Shown here: positions 17,335 to 27,972 of the stretch, in pieces
Layout: the number at the start of each line of letters is the position of its first letter
Numbering within the stretch: the first letter of the stretch is position 1
From: Pseudomonadota bacterium
GTDB lineage: Archaea; Thermoplasmatota; SW-10-69-26; JACQPN01; JAJPHT01
NCBI GenBank assembly: GCA_021325135.1
Contig: JAJPHT010000022.1
Coordinates: 32,001 to 96,000, forward strand
Reading direction: 5' to 3'
Length of the DNA stretch: 64,000 bases
Program-made: the position numbers and the translations under genes
Notes under the pieces: model-generated
The model's database searches: none
What the model saw: only the letters and a program-made list of their open reading frames with translations
What the model was told of the DNA's origin: nothing

Positions 17335-18594
17335 GTGTCCGAGGACGACATCTTCACGCCGTCGCCCCTTCCTCTCGACGGCATCGTCCCCGGGGAGGAC
17401 GACGAGCGCTACCTTGTCGAGCGCGTCAAGCACCTGGAGGAGCGCAACGCCCAGCTTCGCGACCAGAAGCGCCGGCTGGAGACCCAGTACCGCAACGCGG
17501 AGAACGACCGCCAGCGCCTGGCGCGGGAGATCAAGCACATCAAGGCGGAGATGGAGAAGCTGAAGTCCCCGCCGCTCATCGTCGGCTACGTCAAGGACAT
17601 CCTGGAGGACGGGCGCGTCGTGTTGAAGAGCAGCACCGGCCCCCACTTCGTCGTCCACGTGGCGGACTTCGTCGACCGCGCCCAGATGAAGGCCGGCGAC
17701 CGCGTCTCGCTGAACCAGCAGAGCCTCAGCGTCGTGGGCGTGCTGCCCGCCTCGCTGGACCCCGCCGTCTACGGCGCCGAGGTCGTGGAGCACCCCACCG
17801 TCACCTACGAGGACGTGGGCGGCATCAAGGCGCAGCTCCAGGAGATCCGGGAGGCCATCGAGCTTCCCATGAACCGCCCCGAGCTCTTCGAGCGCGTGGG
17901 CATCGATCCGCCCAAGGGCATCCTCCTCCACGGCCCCCCGGGCACCGGCAAGACGCTCATCGCCAAGGCCGTCGCGCACCACACCAACGCCACCTTCATC
18001 AAGCTGGCCGGGAGCGAGCTGGTGCAGAAGTACATCGGCGAGGGCGCGCGGCTCGTGCGCGAGCTTTTCCAGATGGCGCGCGCCAAGGCGCCCAGCATCC
18101 TCTTCATCGACGAGCTTGACGCCATCGGCGCCTCGCGCTACGAGGCGAGCACCAGCGGCGACCGCGAGGTGCAGCGCACGCTCATGCAGCTGCTCTCGGA
18201 GATGGACGGCTTCAGCCCCCGCGGCGACGTGAAGATCATTGCGGCGACCAACCGCCCCGACATGCTGGACTCCGCCCTCACGCGACCGGGCCGCTTCGAC
18301 CGCCTCATCGAGATCCCCAAGCCCGACCTGGACTCGCGCCGCGAGATCTTCGCCATCCACACGCGCCGCATGAGCGTCGCCCTGGACGTGGACCTCGCGC
18401 GCCTTGCCTTGCAGGTCGGCGAGGACGCCACCGGCGCGGACATCAAGGCGGTCTGCACCGAGGCCGGCATGTTCGCCATCCGCGAGGAGCGCGACTCGGT
18501 CGCCATGGCCGACTTCGAGAAGAGCATCCGCAAGCTCCTCGGCCAGAAGATCGGCGGCGCCCAGAACCTCCACAAGGACTCGGCCTTTGCCTAA
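17335..18594 (+). CDS. pan: Proteasome-activating nucleotidase (AAA+)
   Basis: N-terminal coiled coil; GPPGTGKT, FIDELD, GDREVQRT, RPGRFDR; C-terminal AFA tail. Confidence 0.95.
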   Translation: MSEDDIFTPSPLPLDGIVPGEDDERYLVERVKHLEERNAQLRDQKRRLETQYRNAENDRQRLAREIKHIKAEMEKLKSPPLIVGYVKDILEDGRVVLKSSTGPHFVVHVADFVDRAQMKAGDRVSLNQQSLSVVGVLPASLDPAVYGAEVVEHPTVTYEDVGGIKAQLQEIREAIELPMNRPELFERVGIDPPKGILLHGPPGTGKTLIAKAVAHHTNATFIKLAGSELVQKYIGEGARLVRELFQMARAKAPSILFIDELDAIGASRYEASTSGDREVQRTLMQLLSEMDGFSPRGDVKIIAATNRPDMLDSALTRPGRFDRLIEIPKPDLDSRREIFAIHTRRMSVALDVDLARLALQVGEDATGADIKAVCTEAGMFAIREERDSVAMADFEKSIRKLLGQKIGGAQNLHKDSAFA

Positions 18595-18597
18595 AGC

Positions 18598-18625
18598 GGG
18601 GAGTTCGGGGGGCGCAGCCCCCTGA
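18598..18625. repeat. Single REP-like unit (half element)
   Basis: GGGGAGTTCGGGGGGCGCAGCCCCCTGA, matching the inner hairpin unit of the palindromic family. Confidence 0.6.
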
Positions 18626-18637
18626 AGAAAGAGGAGT

Positions 18638-18788
18638 CGTCCGGCCGCGCCGCAGCGCGGCCAAAATGGGGGATTTCAGGGGGGCTCGCCCCCCTGACGT
18701 CTCGGTCGCCTGCTCGACGTGATTTCACGTCAGGGGGCTGCGCCCCCTGAAACCCCCGCTTTTGGCCGCGCTGCGGCGCGGCCGGACG
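18638..18788. mobile_element. 151-bp REPIN/MITE-like palindromic element (complete)
   Basis: Perfect 29-bp terminal inverted repeat enclosing two inverted CAGGGGG-n-CCCCCTG hairpins; near-identical copy at 58410. Confidence 0.8.
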
Positions 18789-18805
18789 TCGCCTAGGGAA
18801 CGTTC

Positions 18806-19726
18806 ATGGCCCGGCCTGGCATCCTCCGGATCGTGAGGCTCCTCGCCGGGCTGGCCCTTGCCCTCCTCGCCTTGCCGCTTGCCGCGGCCCAGGCCAACCT
18901 GCCCATCCAGGCGCAGGTGACCGGCTTCATGGACGACCCGGGCCACCCGCTCCAGCCCGGCGCCAACGAGACGGTCGAGATGACCGTGAACTACCAGGCG
19001 GGGCCCGCCTCCCTGCCCGGCCCGCAGCCGGACAACAACGACCCCACCAGCAGCGGGCCCATGCTCACGCACATCACGTACCGCGCGAAGCAGGTGCCCA
19101 CCTGGGTGGAGAACCTCACCTTCGACCCGCCCGAGGTCTACGCCAACGACACGCCCGGCATGCAGCAGGAGCCGCACCACGTCCACGTCATCCTTCGCAT
19201 CGCGAAGAACGCGCCCGCCGGGAACCACCAGAACCTCAGCGTCGACCTCATCGCCGACCCCAACGGCCCCACCCCCGGCGCGACGGGCACGACCTCGGAG
19301 ATCGCGCTGCGCCCTGGCGCCGTCCCCAAGGTCAACGTCACCAAGGACGCGCAGGGGCAGGCCATCCTCAAGGGGGGAAGCTGGCAGCCGGTCCGCTTCC
19401 ACGTGACCAACGTGGGCAACGGCCAGATCACCGCGCGGCTCAACGTCACCGTGCGCCCCCAGGACAGCATCGTCGACTTCCCCGCGACGCTCACGCTGGA
19501 CCCCGGCCAGACGCTCCCCGTGGACGTCATGCTGCGCCTCCCGTGGACCTACGGCGAGTCGGGCGCTCTGGAGCTGGAAGCCACGCCGCTGGGCGCTGGC
19601 GACGAGGAGGGGAAGCCCGCCCACGCGGACGTGGACATCGCCGGGCAATCCGCGGTCCCCGCCCTGGAGCCCCTCGTCGCGGTGGCGGCCGTGGGCATGC
19701 TTGCCTTGCTGCGCCGCAGGTCCTAG
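18806..19726 (+). CDS. Secreted Ig-like surface protein with PGF-CTERM-like (VPAL) anchor; start may be 18833
   Basis: Signal peptide, beta-rich body, C-terminal VPAL-TM-RRRS. Confidence 0.7.
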   Translation: MARPGILRIVRLLAGLALALLALPLAAAQANLPIQAQVTGFMDDPGHPLQPGANETVEMTVNYQAGPASLPGPQPDNNDPTSSGPMLTHITYRAKQVPTWVENLTFDPPEVYANDTPGMQQEPHHVHVILRIAKNAPAGNHQNLSVDLIADPNGPTPGATGTTSEIALRPGAVPKVNVTKDAQGQAILKGGSWQPVRFHVTNVGNGQITARLNVTVRPQDSIVDFPATLTLDPGQTLPVDVMLRLPWTYGESGALELEATPLGAGDEEGKPAHADVDIAGQSAVPALEPLVAVAAVGMLALLRRRS

Positions 19727-19857
19727 CGCCGATCCTGGGTGGCGTGCAGCGCCTCGCCCCTCTAGTTTTCCCTGTGGAAGGGTACTTTCGACTGGAGCGG
19801 AGACGTTCCGCGCACCTTTAAGCCGGAGACACGGCTCTGGCGGCCAATCTCGGAGGG

Positions 19858-22089
19858 ATGCATAGGGCCAAGACCGTCGCCGAGGAGCTTGCGAAGAAGC
19901 AGAAGGAGATCAGCGTCTCGGAGTTCTTCGAGCGCAACAAGCACATCCTCGGCTTCGACAGCAGCGTCCGCGCGCTCATCACCAGCGTCAAGGAGGCGGT
20001 GGACAACGCCCTGGACGCCTGCGAGGAGGCGCAGATCCTTCCCGACCTCTACGTCGAGATCCGCCGCGAGGGCCCGGCGGCGAAGGTCGGCCAGACGGAG
20101 GAGCTCGTGATGATCGTCGAGGACAACGGCCCCGGCATCGTCAAGCAGCAGATCGGCAACATCTTCGGCCGCCTGCTCTACGGCTCGCGCTTCCACGCCA
20201 TCCGCCAGAGCCGCGGCCAGCAGGGCATCGGCATCTCCGCCACCGTGATGTACGGGCAGCTCACCACCGGCAAGCCCGCGATCGTCTACTCCAAGATCGG
20301 CGAGAAGCAGCCGGTCATCCTCACGCACCTCAAGCTGGACACGCGCAGCAACCGCCCCGACGTCCTCAAGCAGGACCCGGTGTTCGGCGACGAGCACTGG
20401 GCCGCCAAGGAGCATGGCACGCGCATCGAGGTCGCCATGACGGGCAAGTACCAGCGCGGCCCGCAGAGCGTCTTCGAGTACCTGCGCAGCACGGCCATCG
20501 TGAACCCGCACGCGCGCCTCACCTTCAAGGAGCCCGACGGCACGACCACCGTCTTCGAGCGCGCGACGGACCAGCTTCCGCCGCCCACCAAGGAGATCAA
20601 GCCCCACCCCGAGGGCACGGAGCTTGGCACGCTGCTGAAGATGGCCAAGAACACCTCGGCCAAGACGCTCACCACCTTCCTCCAGGAGGAGTTCAGCCGC
20701 GTCTCGTCGGAGAAGGCCAAGGAGATGTGCGACGCCGCCGCGCTCTCGCCGGGCATGCACATGGAGAAGTTCGACCTCGACGAGGCGAAGGCGCTCCTCA
20801 GCGCCCTCCCCAAGGTGAAGCTCCTCCCGCCGCCCACCGACTGCCTCAGCCCCATCGGCGAGACGCTGGTGCGCAAGGGCCTCAAGAAGGAGCTTCCCGA
20901 CACCGAGTTCATCGCCACCGTCACGCGCCCCGCCAACGTCTACAGCGGGCGCCCCTTCGTCGTGGAGGCGGGCCTCGCCTACGGCGGCGGGCTCCCCAAG
21001 GACGAGCCCGTGCGCATCATCCGCTTCGCCAACCGCGTGCCCCTCCTCTACCAGAAGGGCGCGTGCGTCAGCACCACCGCCGTAGAGGGCATGGACTGGC
21101 GCCGCTACGAGCTTGACCAGCGCGGCGGCAAGGGCATCCCCATCGGCCCCGTCGTGCTCCTCGTCCACGTCGCGTCGGTGAACGTCCCCTTCACCAGCGA
21201 GGCCAAGGAGGCCATCGCGGACATCGACCAGATCCGCAACGAGGTCGTCCTCGCGCTGCGCGAGTGCGCGCGCAAGATGGGCAGCCACGTTCGCAAGAAG
21301 GCCAAGCTCTCGCGCATGAAGGAGAAGGAGGAGATCATCCGCAAGATCATCCCCAAGATCGCGGAGAAGAGCGCCTCCATGCTGGGCAAGCCCGTCCCCG
21401 ACTACGAGCCCATCATCGCGCGCATCATGAACAACATGATGATCACCGACCAGATCGAGCCCGTGCCGAAGAAGGGGCTCAAGGTCTCCATCCAGGTCAC
21501 GAACTACTGCAACTTCGGCAAGACCTTCCAGCTCTACAGCGCGATCCCGCACAACGTCGCGCCCACCGACGTCTCCCCCGAGCCCGAGAAGGTGGAGGAC
21601 GGCCTCATCACGTGGAAGATCAAGCGCATCCCCACGGGCGAGACGGAGACGCTCTCCTTCCTGCTCCCGGGGCTGGACGCCTCCGACTTCGACGAGACGG
21701 ACCTCTACGTGAAGGGCATCGACGAGGAGCTTGTCATCGGCGCCGAGCCCTGGAAGGGCAAGGAGGAGCTCCCCCGCATCGAGGTCGAGACGGTGAAGAC
21801 CATCACCGCCGAAGGCCAGGTCGTCGAGGGCATCGTCCAGAAGGATGACCCCGTCCCCGAGACGCCCGATGGCGAAGAGGACGTCGAGGCCGAGAAGGAG
21901 CTATCAAAAGCGAAGGGCAAGAAGGGGAAGGAGGTGGAGCTTGCGTCCAAGGACGCGCGCCCCGCCGCGAAGCCCAAGAAGGGGAGCGCCTTCCCCATGC
22001 CCAAGGCCGCGCTGGAGCAGCAGGCGAAGCTTGGCAAGCCCTTCCCCGGCGCGAAGAAGGCCCCCAAGCCCAAGGGAGGGAAGAAGTAG
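19858..22089 (+). CDS. top6B: DNA topoisomerase VI subunit B
   Basis: [43 protein letters not shown]. Confidence 0.97.
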   Translation: MHRAKTVAEELAKKQKEISVSEFFERNKHILGFDSSVRALITSVKEAVDNALDACEEAQILPDLYVEIRREGPAAKVGQTEELVMIVEDNGPGIVKQQIGNIFGRLLYGSRFHAIRQSRGQQGIGISATVMYGQLTTGKPAIVYSKIGEKQPVILTHLKLDTRSNRPDVLKQDPVFGDEHWAAKEHGTRIEVAMTGKYQRGPQSVFEYLRSTAIVNPHARLTFKEPDGTTTVFERATDQLPPPTKEIKPHPEGTELGTLLKMAKNTSAKTLTTFLQEEFSRVSSEKAKEMCDAAALSPGMHMEKFDLDEAKALLSALPKVKLLPPPTDCLSPIGETLVRKGLKKELPDTEFIATVTRPANVYSGRPFVVEAGLAYGGGLPKDEPVRIIRFANRVPLLYQKGACVSTTAVEGMDWRRYELDQRGGKGIPIGPVVLLVHVASVNVPFTSEAKEAIADIDQIRNEVVLALRECARKMGSHVRKKAKLSRMKEKEEIIRKIIPKIAEKSASMLGKPVPDYEPIIARIMNNMMITDQIEPVPKKGLKVSIQVTNYCNFGKTFQLYSAIPHNVAPTDVSPEPEKVEDGLITWKIKRIPTGETETLSFLLPGLDASDFDETDLYVKGIDEELVIGAEPWKGKEELPRIEVETVKTITAEGQVVEGIVQKDDPVPETPDGEEDVEAEKELSKAKGKKGKEVELASKDARPAAKPKKGSAFPMPKAALEQQAKLGKPFPGAKKAPKPKGGKK

Positions 22090-23223
22090 ATGGCGAAGAA
22101 GAAGGCCGCGAAGGCCGACGGCACCGTCCAGATCACCGAACGCCAGAAGGCGGCCATGACGGAATTGCAGAAGATCGCGGAGAGCATCTACGCGGACTTC
22201 CAGCACCACCGCATCCCCAACCTGGAGCTGTCGGTCCGCAGCAAGAGCAACATCCAGTTCGAGGACGAGCTCAACGTCTGGAAATACGGCGAGAACACCA
22301 CGGAGCGCAGCGCCAAGAAGACCGACGGCGCCTACATGCTCCTGCGCACCATGTACCTCGCCGAGTTCATCAAGCAGATGATCAACGAATCCAAGTCCTC
22401 CACGCTCAGAGAAATGTACTACATCAGCGAAGGCTGGGACATGGCGAAGTTCGGCGACCAGGCCGAATCCGACAAGCTCGCCGAAGACCTCGAGATCATC
22501 ACCCTCTGCCTCCGCGAGGACTTCAAGCTCCGCCCCGAAGAATCCGGCGCCTCCGTCCTGGGCAACATCACCCTGGAAGAGGTCACCCGCGACGGCAACC
22601 GCAAACGCTTCAACTGCCGCGACGACGTCGGCGACGCCGGCTACACCATCCCCTTCAACGTCGAGAAGGACAAGCTCAAGATCCTCAGCCACGACGCCGA
22701 CATGATCGTCGCCATCGAGACCGGCGGTATGTACGACCGCCTCGTGGAGAACCGCTTCGACGAGACCAACCGCGCCGTCCTCCTCCATCTCAAAGGCCAA
22801 CCCGCCCGCAGCACACGCCGCTTCCTCAAACGCCTCAACGAGGAGAGCGGGTTGCCCGTGGTGGTCTTCACCGACGGCGACCCGTGGTCGTTCCGCATCT
22901 TCGCCTCGGTGGCCTACGGCGCCATCAAGACCGCGCACATCTCCGAGTACCTCGCGACCCCCACCGCGCGCTACCTCGGCATCACGCCCTCGGACATCGT
23001 CAACTACGACCTGCCCAGCGACAAGCTCTCGGAGCAGGACGTCAAGGCGCTGGAGGCGGAGCTCACGGACCCCCGCTTCGCCGACGACTGGTGGAAGGGC
23101 GAGATCGAGCTGCAGCTCTCCCTCCAGAAGAAGAGCGAACAGCAGGCGCTCGCGAAGTACGGCCTCGACTTCGTGACGGACACGTACCTGCCGGAGAAGC
23201 TCTCCGAGATGGGGATCCTGTAG
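22090..23223 (+). CDS. top6A: DNA topoisomerase VI subunit A (Spo11-like)
   Basis: [32 protein letters not shown]. Confidence 0.97.
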   Translation: MAKKKAAKADGTVQITERQKAAMTELQKIAESIYADFQHHRIPNLELSVRSKSNIQFEDELNVWKYGENTTERSAKKTDGAYMLLRTMYLAEFIKQMINESKSSTLREMYYISEGWDMAKFGDQAESDKLAEDLEIITLCLREDFKLRPEESGASVLGNITLEEVTRDGNRKRFNCRDDVGDAGYTIPFNVEKDKLKILSHDADMIVAIETGGMYDRLVENRFDETNRAVLLHLKGQPARSTRRFLKRLNEESGLPVVVFTDGDPWSFRIFASVAYGAIKTAHISEYLATPTARYLGITPSDIVNYDLPSDKLSEQDVKALEAELTDPRFADDWWKGEIELQLSLQKKSEQQALAKYGLDFVTDTYLPEKLSEMGIL

Positions 23224-23225
23224 GA

Positions 23226-24524
23226 TCACTCCTTCGGAAGCACGATGCCCGCCACGACGACGCCCTCGCCGCCGGAGGGCGCGCCCTCGGGCCAAGGCAG
23301 ATCGTGGTAGGCCACCTCGCCGTGCTCGGCCACGTCGAGGCCCACCTCCTCGTGGCGCTCGGAGACGCGCAACGAGACGAGCCTGTCGGTCGCCCCGAGG
23401 ATGCCCCACGTCATGGCGAACGTGTACGCGACGACGGCCAGGACCGCGACGGCCTGCTTGCCCACCAGGAGGAGGCTCCCGTCAGCGCCCGCCGGGTTCA
23501 CGGCGAGGCTCGCGAAGGCGCCGGTGAGGAGCGCGCCCAGGATGCCGCCCACGCCGTGCACGCCGAACGCGTCGAGGCTGTCGTCCAGCCGCAGCACCTC
23601 CTTGGTGAGCGCGACGCCGAGATGGCAGACCGCTCCCGCCGCGAGGCCGATGAGGATGGCCGCCATGGGCGCGACGAAGCCGCTGGCGGGTGTGATGGCC
23701 ACGAGCCCCGCGACCAGGCCGGCCGACGCGCCCAGCACGCTGGCCTTCCCCTTGCGCCACCACTCCAGGGCGCACCACGAGAGCGCGGCGGCCGCGGCGG
23801 CCAGGTGCGTCGCCGCGAAGGCGGACACGGCGAGGCTCCCCGCCGCCAGGGCGCTGCCCGCGTTGAAGCCGAACCAGCCGAACCACAGCAACCCCGCGCC
23901 CAGCACGGTGAGGGGGACGTTGTGAGGCCGCATCGCATCGCGGCCGAACCCCTTGCGGTGGCCCACGTAGAGGACGCACGCCAGCGCGGCGACGCCCGCC
24001 GTGACGTGGACCACGGTGCCGCCCGCGAAGTCCAGGGCGCCCAGCCTGCGCAGCCAGCCGCCCTCGCCCCACACCCAGTGCGCCACGACGTCGTAGACCA
24101 GCGTGCTCCACGCGAGGCCGAAGACCACGAGCGCCTTGATGGAGAAGCGCTCCGCGAACGCGCCCACGATGAGCGCGGGCGTGATGGCGGCGAACATCAT
24201 CTGGAAGAGCGCGAACGCAAGCGCGGGGACCGTCGCGGCGTACGCCGGCTCCGCCGCGTCGGCCCGCACTCCGGATAGCATCGCGCGGTCGAGCCCGCCC
24301 ACGACGCCGCCGTGGTCGTGGCCGAAGGCCAGCGAGTAGCCCACGAACGCCCACTGGAGCGAGACGAGGGCCAGCAGCACGAGGCATTGCATCAGTGTCG
24401 AGAGCACGTTCTTGTGGCGCACCATCCCGCCGTAGAAGAGCGCGAGGCCCGGCACCATGAGCATGACCAGCGCGGCGCCGACGAGCACCCATGCGGTGTC
24501 GCCGGTGGAGAGATCGACCGCCAT
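23226..24524 (-). CDS. amtB: Ammonium transporter
   Basis: PGLALFYGG, FQMMFA, DFAGGTVVH, WFGWFGFNAGS, DDSLDAFGVHG. Confidence 0.95.
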   Translation of the reverse strand: MAVDLSTGDTAWVLVGAALVMLMVPGLALFYGGMVRHKNVLSTLMQCLVLLALVSLQWAFVGYSLAFGHDHGGVVGGLDRAMLSGVRADAAEPAYAATVPALAFALFQMMFAAITPALIVGAFAERFSIKALVVFGLAWSTLVYDVVAHWVWGEGGWLRRLGALDFAGGTVVHVTAGVAALACVLYVGHRKGFGRDAMRPHNVPLTVLGAGLLWFGWFGFNAGSALAAGSLAVSAFAATHLAAAAAALSWCALEWWRKGKASVLGASAGLVAGLVAITPASGFVAPMAAILIGLAAGAVCHLGVALTKEVLRLDDSLDAFGVHGVGGILGALLTGAFASLAVNPAGADGSLLLVGKQAVAVLAVVAYTFAMTWGILGATDRLVSLRVSERHEEVGLDVAEHGEVAYHDLPWPEGAPSGGEGVVVAGIVLPKE

Positions 24525-24666
24525 GGCGCGCTCCTGCGGGCCGGGCGTATTTGGGCGCATCGGAAAAGTTCAGCGACGCATGATCGCCAAGCGCCTCGTC
24601 TTCCGTTCATCCGCTTGGACGGATGACGAACTCCGCTTCACTTGGCGAGGGACTCGGGAGGGAAGG

Positions 24667-24888
24667 TCACTCCGCCCCTTCCCGCTCCTCGCGCCGCGCG
24701 ATGGCCTCCTTGACGCGGCTGGGCACGCCGGGGCGCGAGCCGCCGATCTGCTCCTCGGCGGGGTACTGCGACGGCGCGGGCGCCTCGCCTCGCGGCGGCT
24801 CCAGGGGGAGGTCCGCGTCGCGCGCGCGGCGCATGTGCTCCATGTCGGGTGCCTTGCCTTCGGGGCGGTGCGGGTTGTGGCCGGGCAT
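24667..24888 (-). CDS. Small hydrophilic hypothetical protein
   Basis: 73-aa ORF with host-like codon usage. Confidence 0.45.
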   Translation of the reverse strand: MPGHNPHRPEGKAPDMEHMRRARDADLPLEPPRGEAPAPSQYPAEEQIGGSRPGVPSRVKEAIARREEREGAE

Positions 24889-24947
24889 GCGGTCCACCAG
24901 GCGTGGGCGCGCCAAGGGGGTTCTGGCCGGGTGGTCGGTGGCGCGTC

Positions 24948-25121
24948 CTACATGCTCCCCCGCGTCGGGTCCACCAGCGCGGGCCCCTCCACGAGCCTGG
25001 CCCCCTTCGCGCGCGCGTTGCGCTCCGCCCGCTGGCGCGCGGCCTCGCCGTTCCCCGCCGCGAGGACGTTCGTCTCCCGCGCGCCGTCGGGTCGCTCCAG
25101 GACGTAGCGCCAGAGGGCCAC
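24948..25121 (-). CDS. Small hypothetical protein (57 aa, not in ORF track)
   Basis: GTG start, MALWRYVLERPDGARETNVLAAGNGEAARQRAERNARAKGARLVEGP...; GC3-rich. Confidence 0.45.
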   Translation of the reverse strand: MALWRYVLERPDGARETNVLAAGNGEAARQRAERNARAKGARLVEGPALVDPTRGSM

Positions 25122-25193
25122 GCCCTTGGCATGGGCACGGAGGTGGGATGGACGTTGCGCTTCCCGGGGGTTTCGCTTCTCCTGTCACGCCTA

Positions 25194-25252
25194 GACGCGA
25201 CGGCGCCACGACGCGACGCTTGGGAATCGTCGCGTCGTGGCGCCGTGGCGTC
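25194..25252. repeat. Long intergenic inverted repeat
   Basis: Perfect 19-bp stem ACGGCGCCACGACGCGACG / CGTCGCGTCGTGGCGCCGT with 9-nt loop, extendable by 5 bp. Confidence 0.8.
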
Positions 25253-25276
25253 GTCGCGTTGAGTGGTGAGAGAGCC

Positions 25277-27142
25277 TCAGTCCGCGGCGCCGCCCGCGCC
25301 CACCAGGGCCGGCAGCCAGAGCGGGTTGTCCCAGCGCGAGACCTCGAAGGGGCGCTGCACGATGGGGAGCGTGAGCGTCGTGGCCTTGTCGCCGTACTGC
25401 ACGTCCACGGGCGCGGTCTGCGCGCTGGGGAGCACGTCGCTGCCGGCCATCTCCTGGGTGAGGACGAGCTTGAGCTTGGAGCCGGCGAGGAGGCGCGCGT
25501 CGAGAGGATAGAACTCCATCTTCGCGACGAGGGGCTGGCCGGGCGTCACGGGCTGCGGGTCCATGCCTCCGGCGGCGTAGCGCAGGTCCATCTGCGCGCG
25601 GCCGATCCAGATGTCGCTTCCGTTGGCGAGGACCTCGTGCAGCTCGGCCCACAGGAGGCCGCCGCCGCTGCGGGGGACGACGGTGACGTGGAACGTGGGC
25701 AGGCCCGCGATGCGCGTCTCGTTGGCGAAGGGCGCGGTGGTGAACGAGAGCAGCGTCTTCGCCGCAGCTTCAGGGACCTGGGCGGGGAGCGCGCCCTCGG
25801 CCATGGGCGCGTAGAGCGTGTCGGTGCCCTCCTGGGCGCCCTTCTCCACGAGCTTGCCCGAGGCGTCGGGGTGCAGGGCGAGGGGCGTCGCGTCCAGGGG
25901 CGGATAGGCGTTCACCGGCTCGGCGCGCCAGTTGCCGTGCGTGTCCTCCACCTGCACGGCGGGGCCTGTGTCGGTCTTGGCGCCCTTCAATTCCTGGTCG
26001 AACCAGCGCAGCAGCATTTCGGCCCAATCCATGCGGACGTCGGGGTGCTCGCTGGCGCGGTCGGCGTGGACGTGCGCCCACTCGCCGATGAGCGCCTTCT
26101 TCGGGCCGGGGAACTGGTTGTAGATATCAAGCCCCTGCGAGGGCTTCACGTTCCAGTCCTGGAAGCCGTGGATGTAGAAGAGCGAGCCGTGGAAGCTCTT
26201 CAGCGCGCGCTCGCGGTAGTCGCGGTCCTGCCAGTATTGCGCCTGCGGGCCCATGTCGGCGGGCGTGCCGCTCTGGCCGCCGCCGGTGAGGTAGCCGAAG
26301 GCGCCTTCGGGCGCGTGGAAGGGGCCGCTGAAGGGGGAGGGGCACGCGACGCGCGCCGCGGTCTGCGGGTCGTCGGGCGAAGCCCCGGGCCCGCCCTGCG
26401 TCGCGCCGTACGAGTAATATTCCTCGCCCAGGATGAGGCTCCGCGTCTCCGCGCTGCCGTTGCGGAAGTGGAGCTGCTGCATGGAGTCGATGCCCTCGAT
26501 GGGCACGATGGTCTTGAGGTACTTGTTGCCGGTGGTGGCGGCCTCCCACGCGGTCGTGCCGTCGTAGGACTTGCCGATGACGCCCACCGCGCCGCTGCTC
26601 CAGGGCTGCGTGCCCAGGTAGGTGAGCATGGCGTCGATGTCCTTCTGCTCGGTGGCGCCCAGGTAGTCGTTGCAGCCCTCCGACTGGCCCGTGCCGCGCA
26701 CGCTGGCCTGCACGACGGCGTAGCCGTGGGGGACAAGGTTGTCGATGAGGAACTTGCCCAGGCGCACGTGCGCGGGCGTGCCCACGTCGTCGTCAAGCTC
26801 GCCGTAGTAGGGCCCCACGTCCACCAGCACCGGGACCTTCGTGCCGTTGGGCACGTCGGGGAGGTAGATGCCCAGCGCGAGCTTCACGCCGTCGAAGCTG
26901 GGCATGAGGACGACCTTCGCGGGGAGCGCATGGTAGGGCCCCGTCTCCACGGGGCGGCTCCAGTCGAGGGGCTTGCCGTCGGTCCCGTTGACCTCGAACG
27001 CGCTGGCCGCCGGGAAGGGGAGCCCCGCCGTGGAGGCCGGCGTCGCCCCCAGGGGCGCGTCCGTCGTCGCGCCGGGGGAGAAGCACCCCGCGAGGCCGGG
27101 CGCGAGGAGGGCGAGGGCAGCGAGGGCGAGGACGGGCCGCAT
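25277..27142 (-). CDS. CocE/NonD (peptidase S15) family hydrolase, lipoprotein
   Basis: LAGC lipobox; RGTGQSEG, GKSYDG nucleophile elbow, HG.QDWNV. Confidence 0.88.
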   Translation of the reverse strand: MRPVLALAALALLAPGLAGCFSPGATTDAPLGATPASTAGLPFPAASAFEVNGTDGKPLDWSRPVETGPYHALPAKVVLMPSFDGVKLALGIYLPDVPNGTKVPVLVDVGPYYGELDDDVGTPAHVRLGKFLIDNLVPHGYAVVQASVRGTGQSEGCNDYLGATEQKDIDAMLTYLGTQPWSSGAVGVIGKSYDGTTAWEAATTGNKYLKTIVPIEGIDSMQQLHFRNGSAETRSLILGEEYYSYGATQGGPGASPDDPQTAARVACPSPFSGPFHAPEGAFGYLTGGGQSGTPADMGPQAQYWQDRDYRERALKSFHGSLFYIHGFQDWNVKPSQGLDIYNQFPGPKKALIGEWAHVHADRASEHPDVRMDWAEMLLRWFDQELKGAKTDTGPAVQVEDTHGNWRAEPVNAYPPLDATPLALHPDASGKLVEKGAQEGTDTLYAPMAEGALPAQVPEAAAKTLLSFTTAPFANETRIAGLPTFHVTVVPRSGGGLLWAELHEVLANGSDIWIGRAQMDLRYAAGGMDPQPVTPGQPLVAKMEFYPLDARLLAGSKLKLVLTQEMAGSDVLPSAQTAPVDVQYGDKATTLTLPIVQRPFEVSRWDNPLWLPALVGAGGAAD

Positions 27143-27267
27143 CGCCCGGGACCCCTCGGCGCGGAGGCATCAGCCTTGTGGTGGTGGAGGTGGGCGATGC
27201 CGCGCCCCTGTAGTTTCGCCCCTCCCCGTGGCGCCGGGAGAAGCCTCCACGCCCCTGAGGGGCGCCC

Positions 27268-27387
27268 ATGGCCTCGCTCGCCCCCGCGGCGCCCGTCCCG
27301 TGGTCCTGTCCTGATTGCCAGCGCCCCCTCGTCGCCACGGGCGGCTGCGCCTTCTGCCCCGCGTGCGGGTACTCGCCCTGTGGCTGA
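27268..27387 (+). CDS. 39-aa zinc-ribbon microprotein (not in ORF track)
   Basis: MASLAPAAPVPWSCPDCQRPLVATGGCAFCPACGYSPCG; GAGGGG upstream. Confidence 0.6.
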   Translation: MASLAPAAPVPWSCPDCQRPLVATGGCAFCPACGYSPCG

Positions 27388-27464
27388 GGGCGGGCAGCAC
27401 TTTCAGGCCCCCCTGGCCCGGGGCCGCTTGAGGCGAGCAGGCCTCGCTTCCTCTGGAGATTGGC

Positions 27465-27728
27465 ATGTTCTGCGCCCTGTGCGGCCAGCACGCGCGCCAC
27501 CCCAAGAGCCCCGTGCCGGAGCTGCGCCGGAAGGAATGCCCCCGCTTCCCCGACGGCGTGATCCATCGCGGCTGCTGCGCGGGGGAGGTGTGCTCGTTCC
27601 TCGACCGTCGCGGCCACGTGCGCTGCGGCTGGGAGACGGGCGGCAAGGAGAGGCTGGAGGTGGCTCAGCGCCTCCGTGCGGCGATCCAGGCCGCCTCGGG
27701 AGAGCCCGAGGCCGACCAGCATTCGTGA
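27465..27728 (+). CDS. Small Cys/His-rich putative metal-binding protein
   Basis: CALC, CP, HRGCC, C, C; GGAG RBS. Confidence 0.55.
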   Translation: MFCALCGQHARHPKSPVPELRRKECPRFPDGVIHRGCCAGEVCSFLDRRGHVRCGWETGGKERLEVAQRLRAAIQAASGEPEADQHS

Positions 27729-27888
27729 AGCCATCCACGTCGGACTTCCGCGCAAGGATGACGATCGCCTCGCTCCGTCGGCGCGCCGCTTTTGCATCCG
27801 TGTGGGTCCTCCTGCTGCCGATGCGAAGGGGGGAGTCCATGCTCGCGGACCCCGGGTGAGCCATCGCACCGCTGGAGCTTCGTCGTAG

Positions 27889-27918
27889 CCGGGGGAGGAC
27901 CCCCAGACCCCCCTTCGG
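27889..27918. repeat. Degenerate REP-like half element
   Basis: Reverse complement CCGAAGGGGGGTCTGGGGGTCCTCCCCCGG resembles the left unit at 42931. Confidence 0.45.
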
Positions 27919-27972
27919 AGGATGGCTCGGGGGTGGCGGCATCGCTTTCTGCCGGAGGCCAGATGGCCCCTC

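Noticed and set aside
23226-24524. amtB without adjacent glnK
   Set aside because: Unlinked amt genes are common; glnK may lie elsewhere in the genome.
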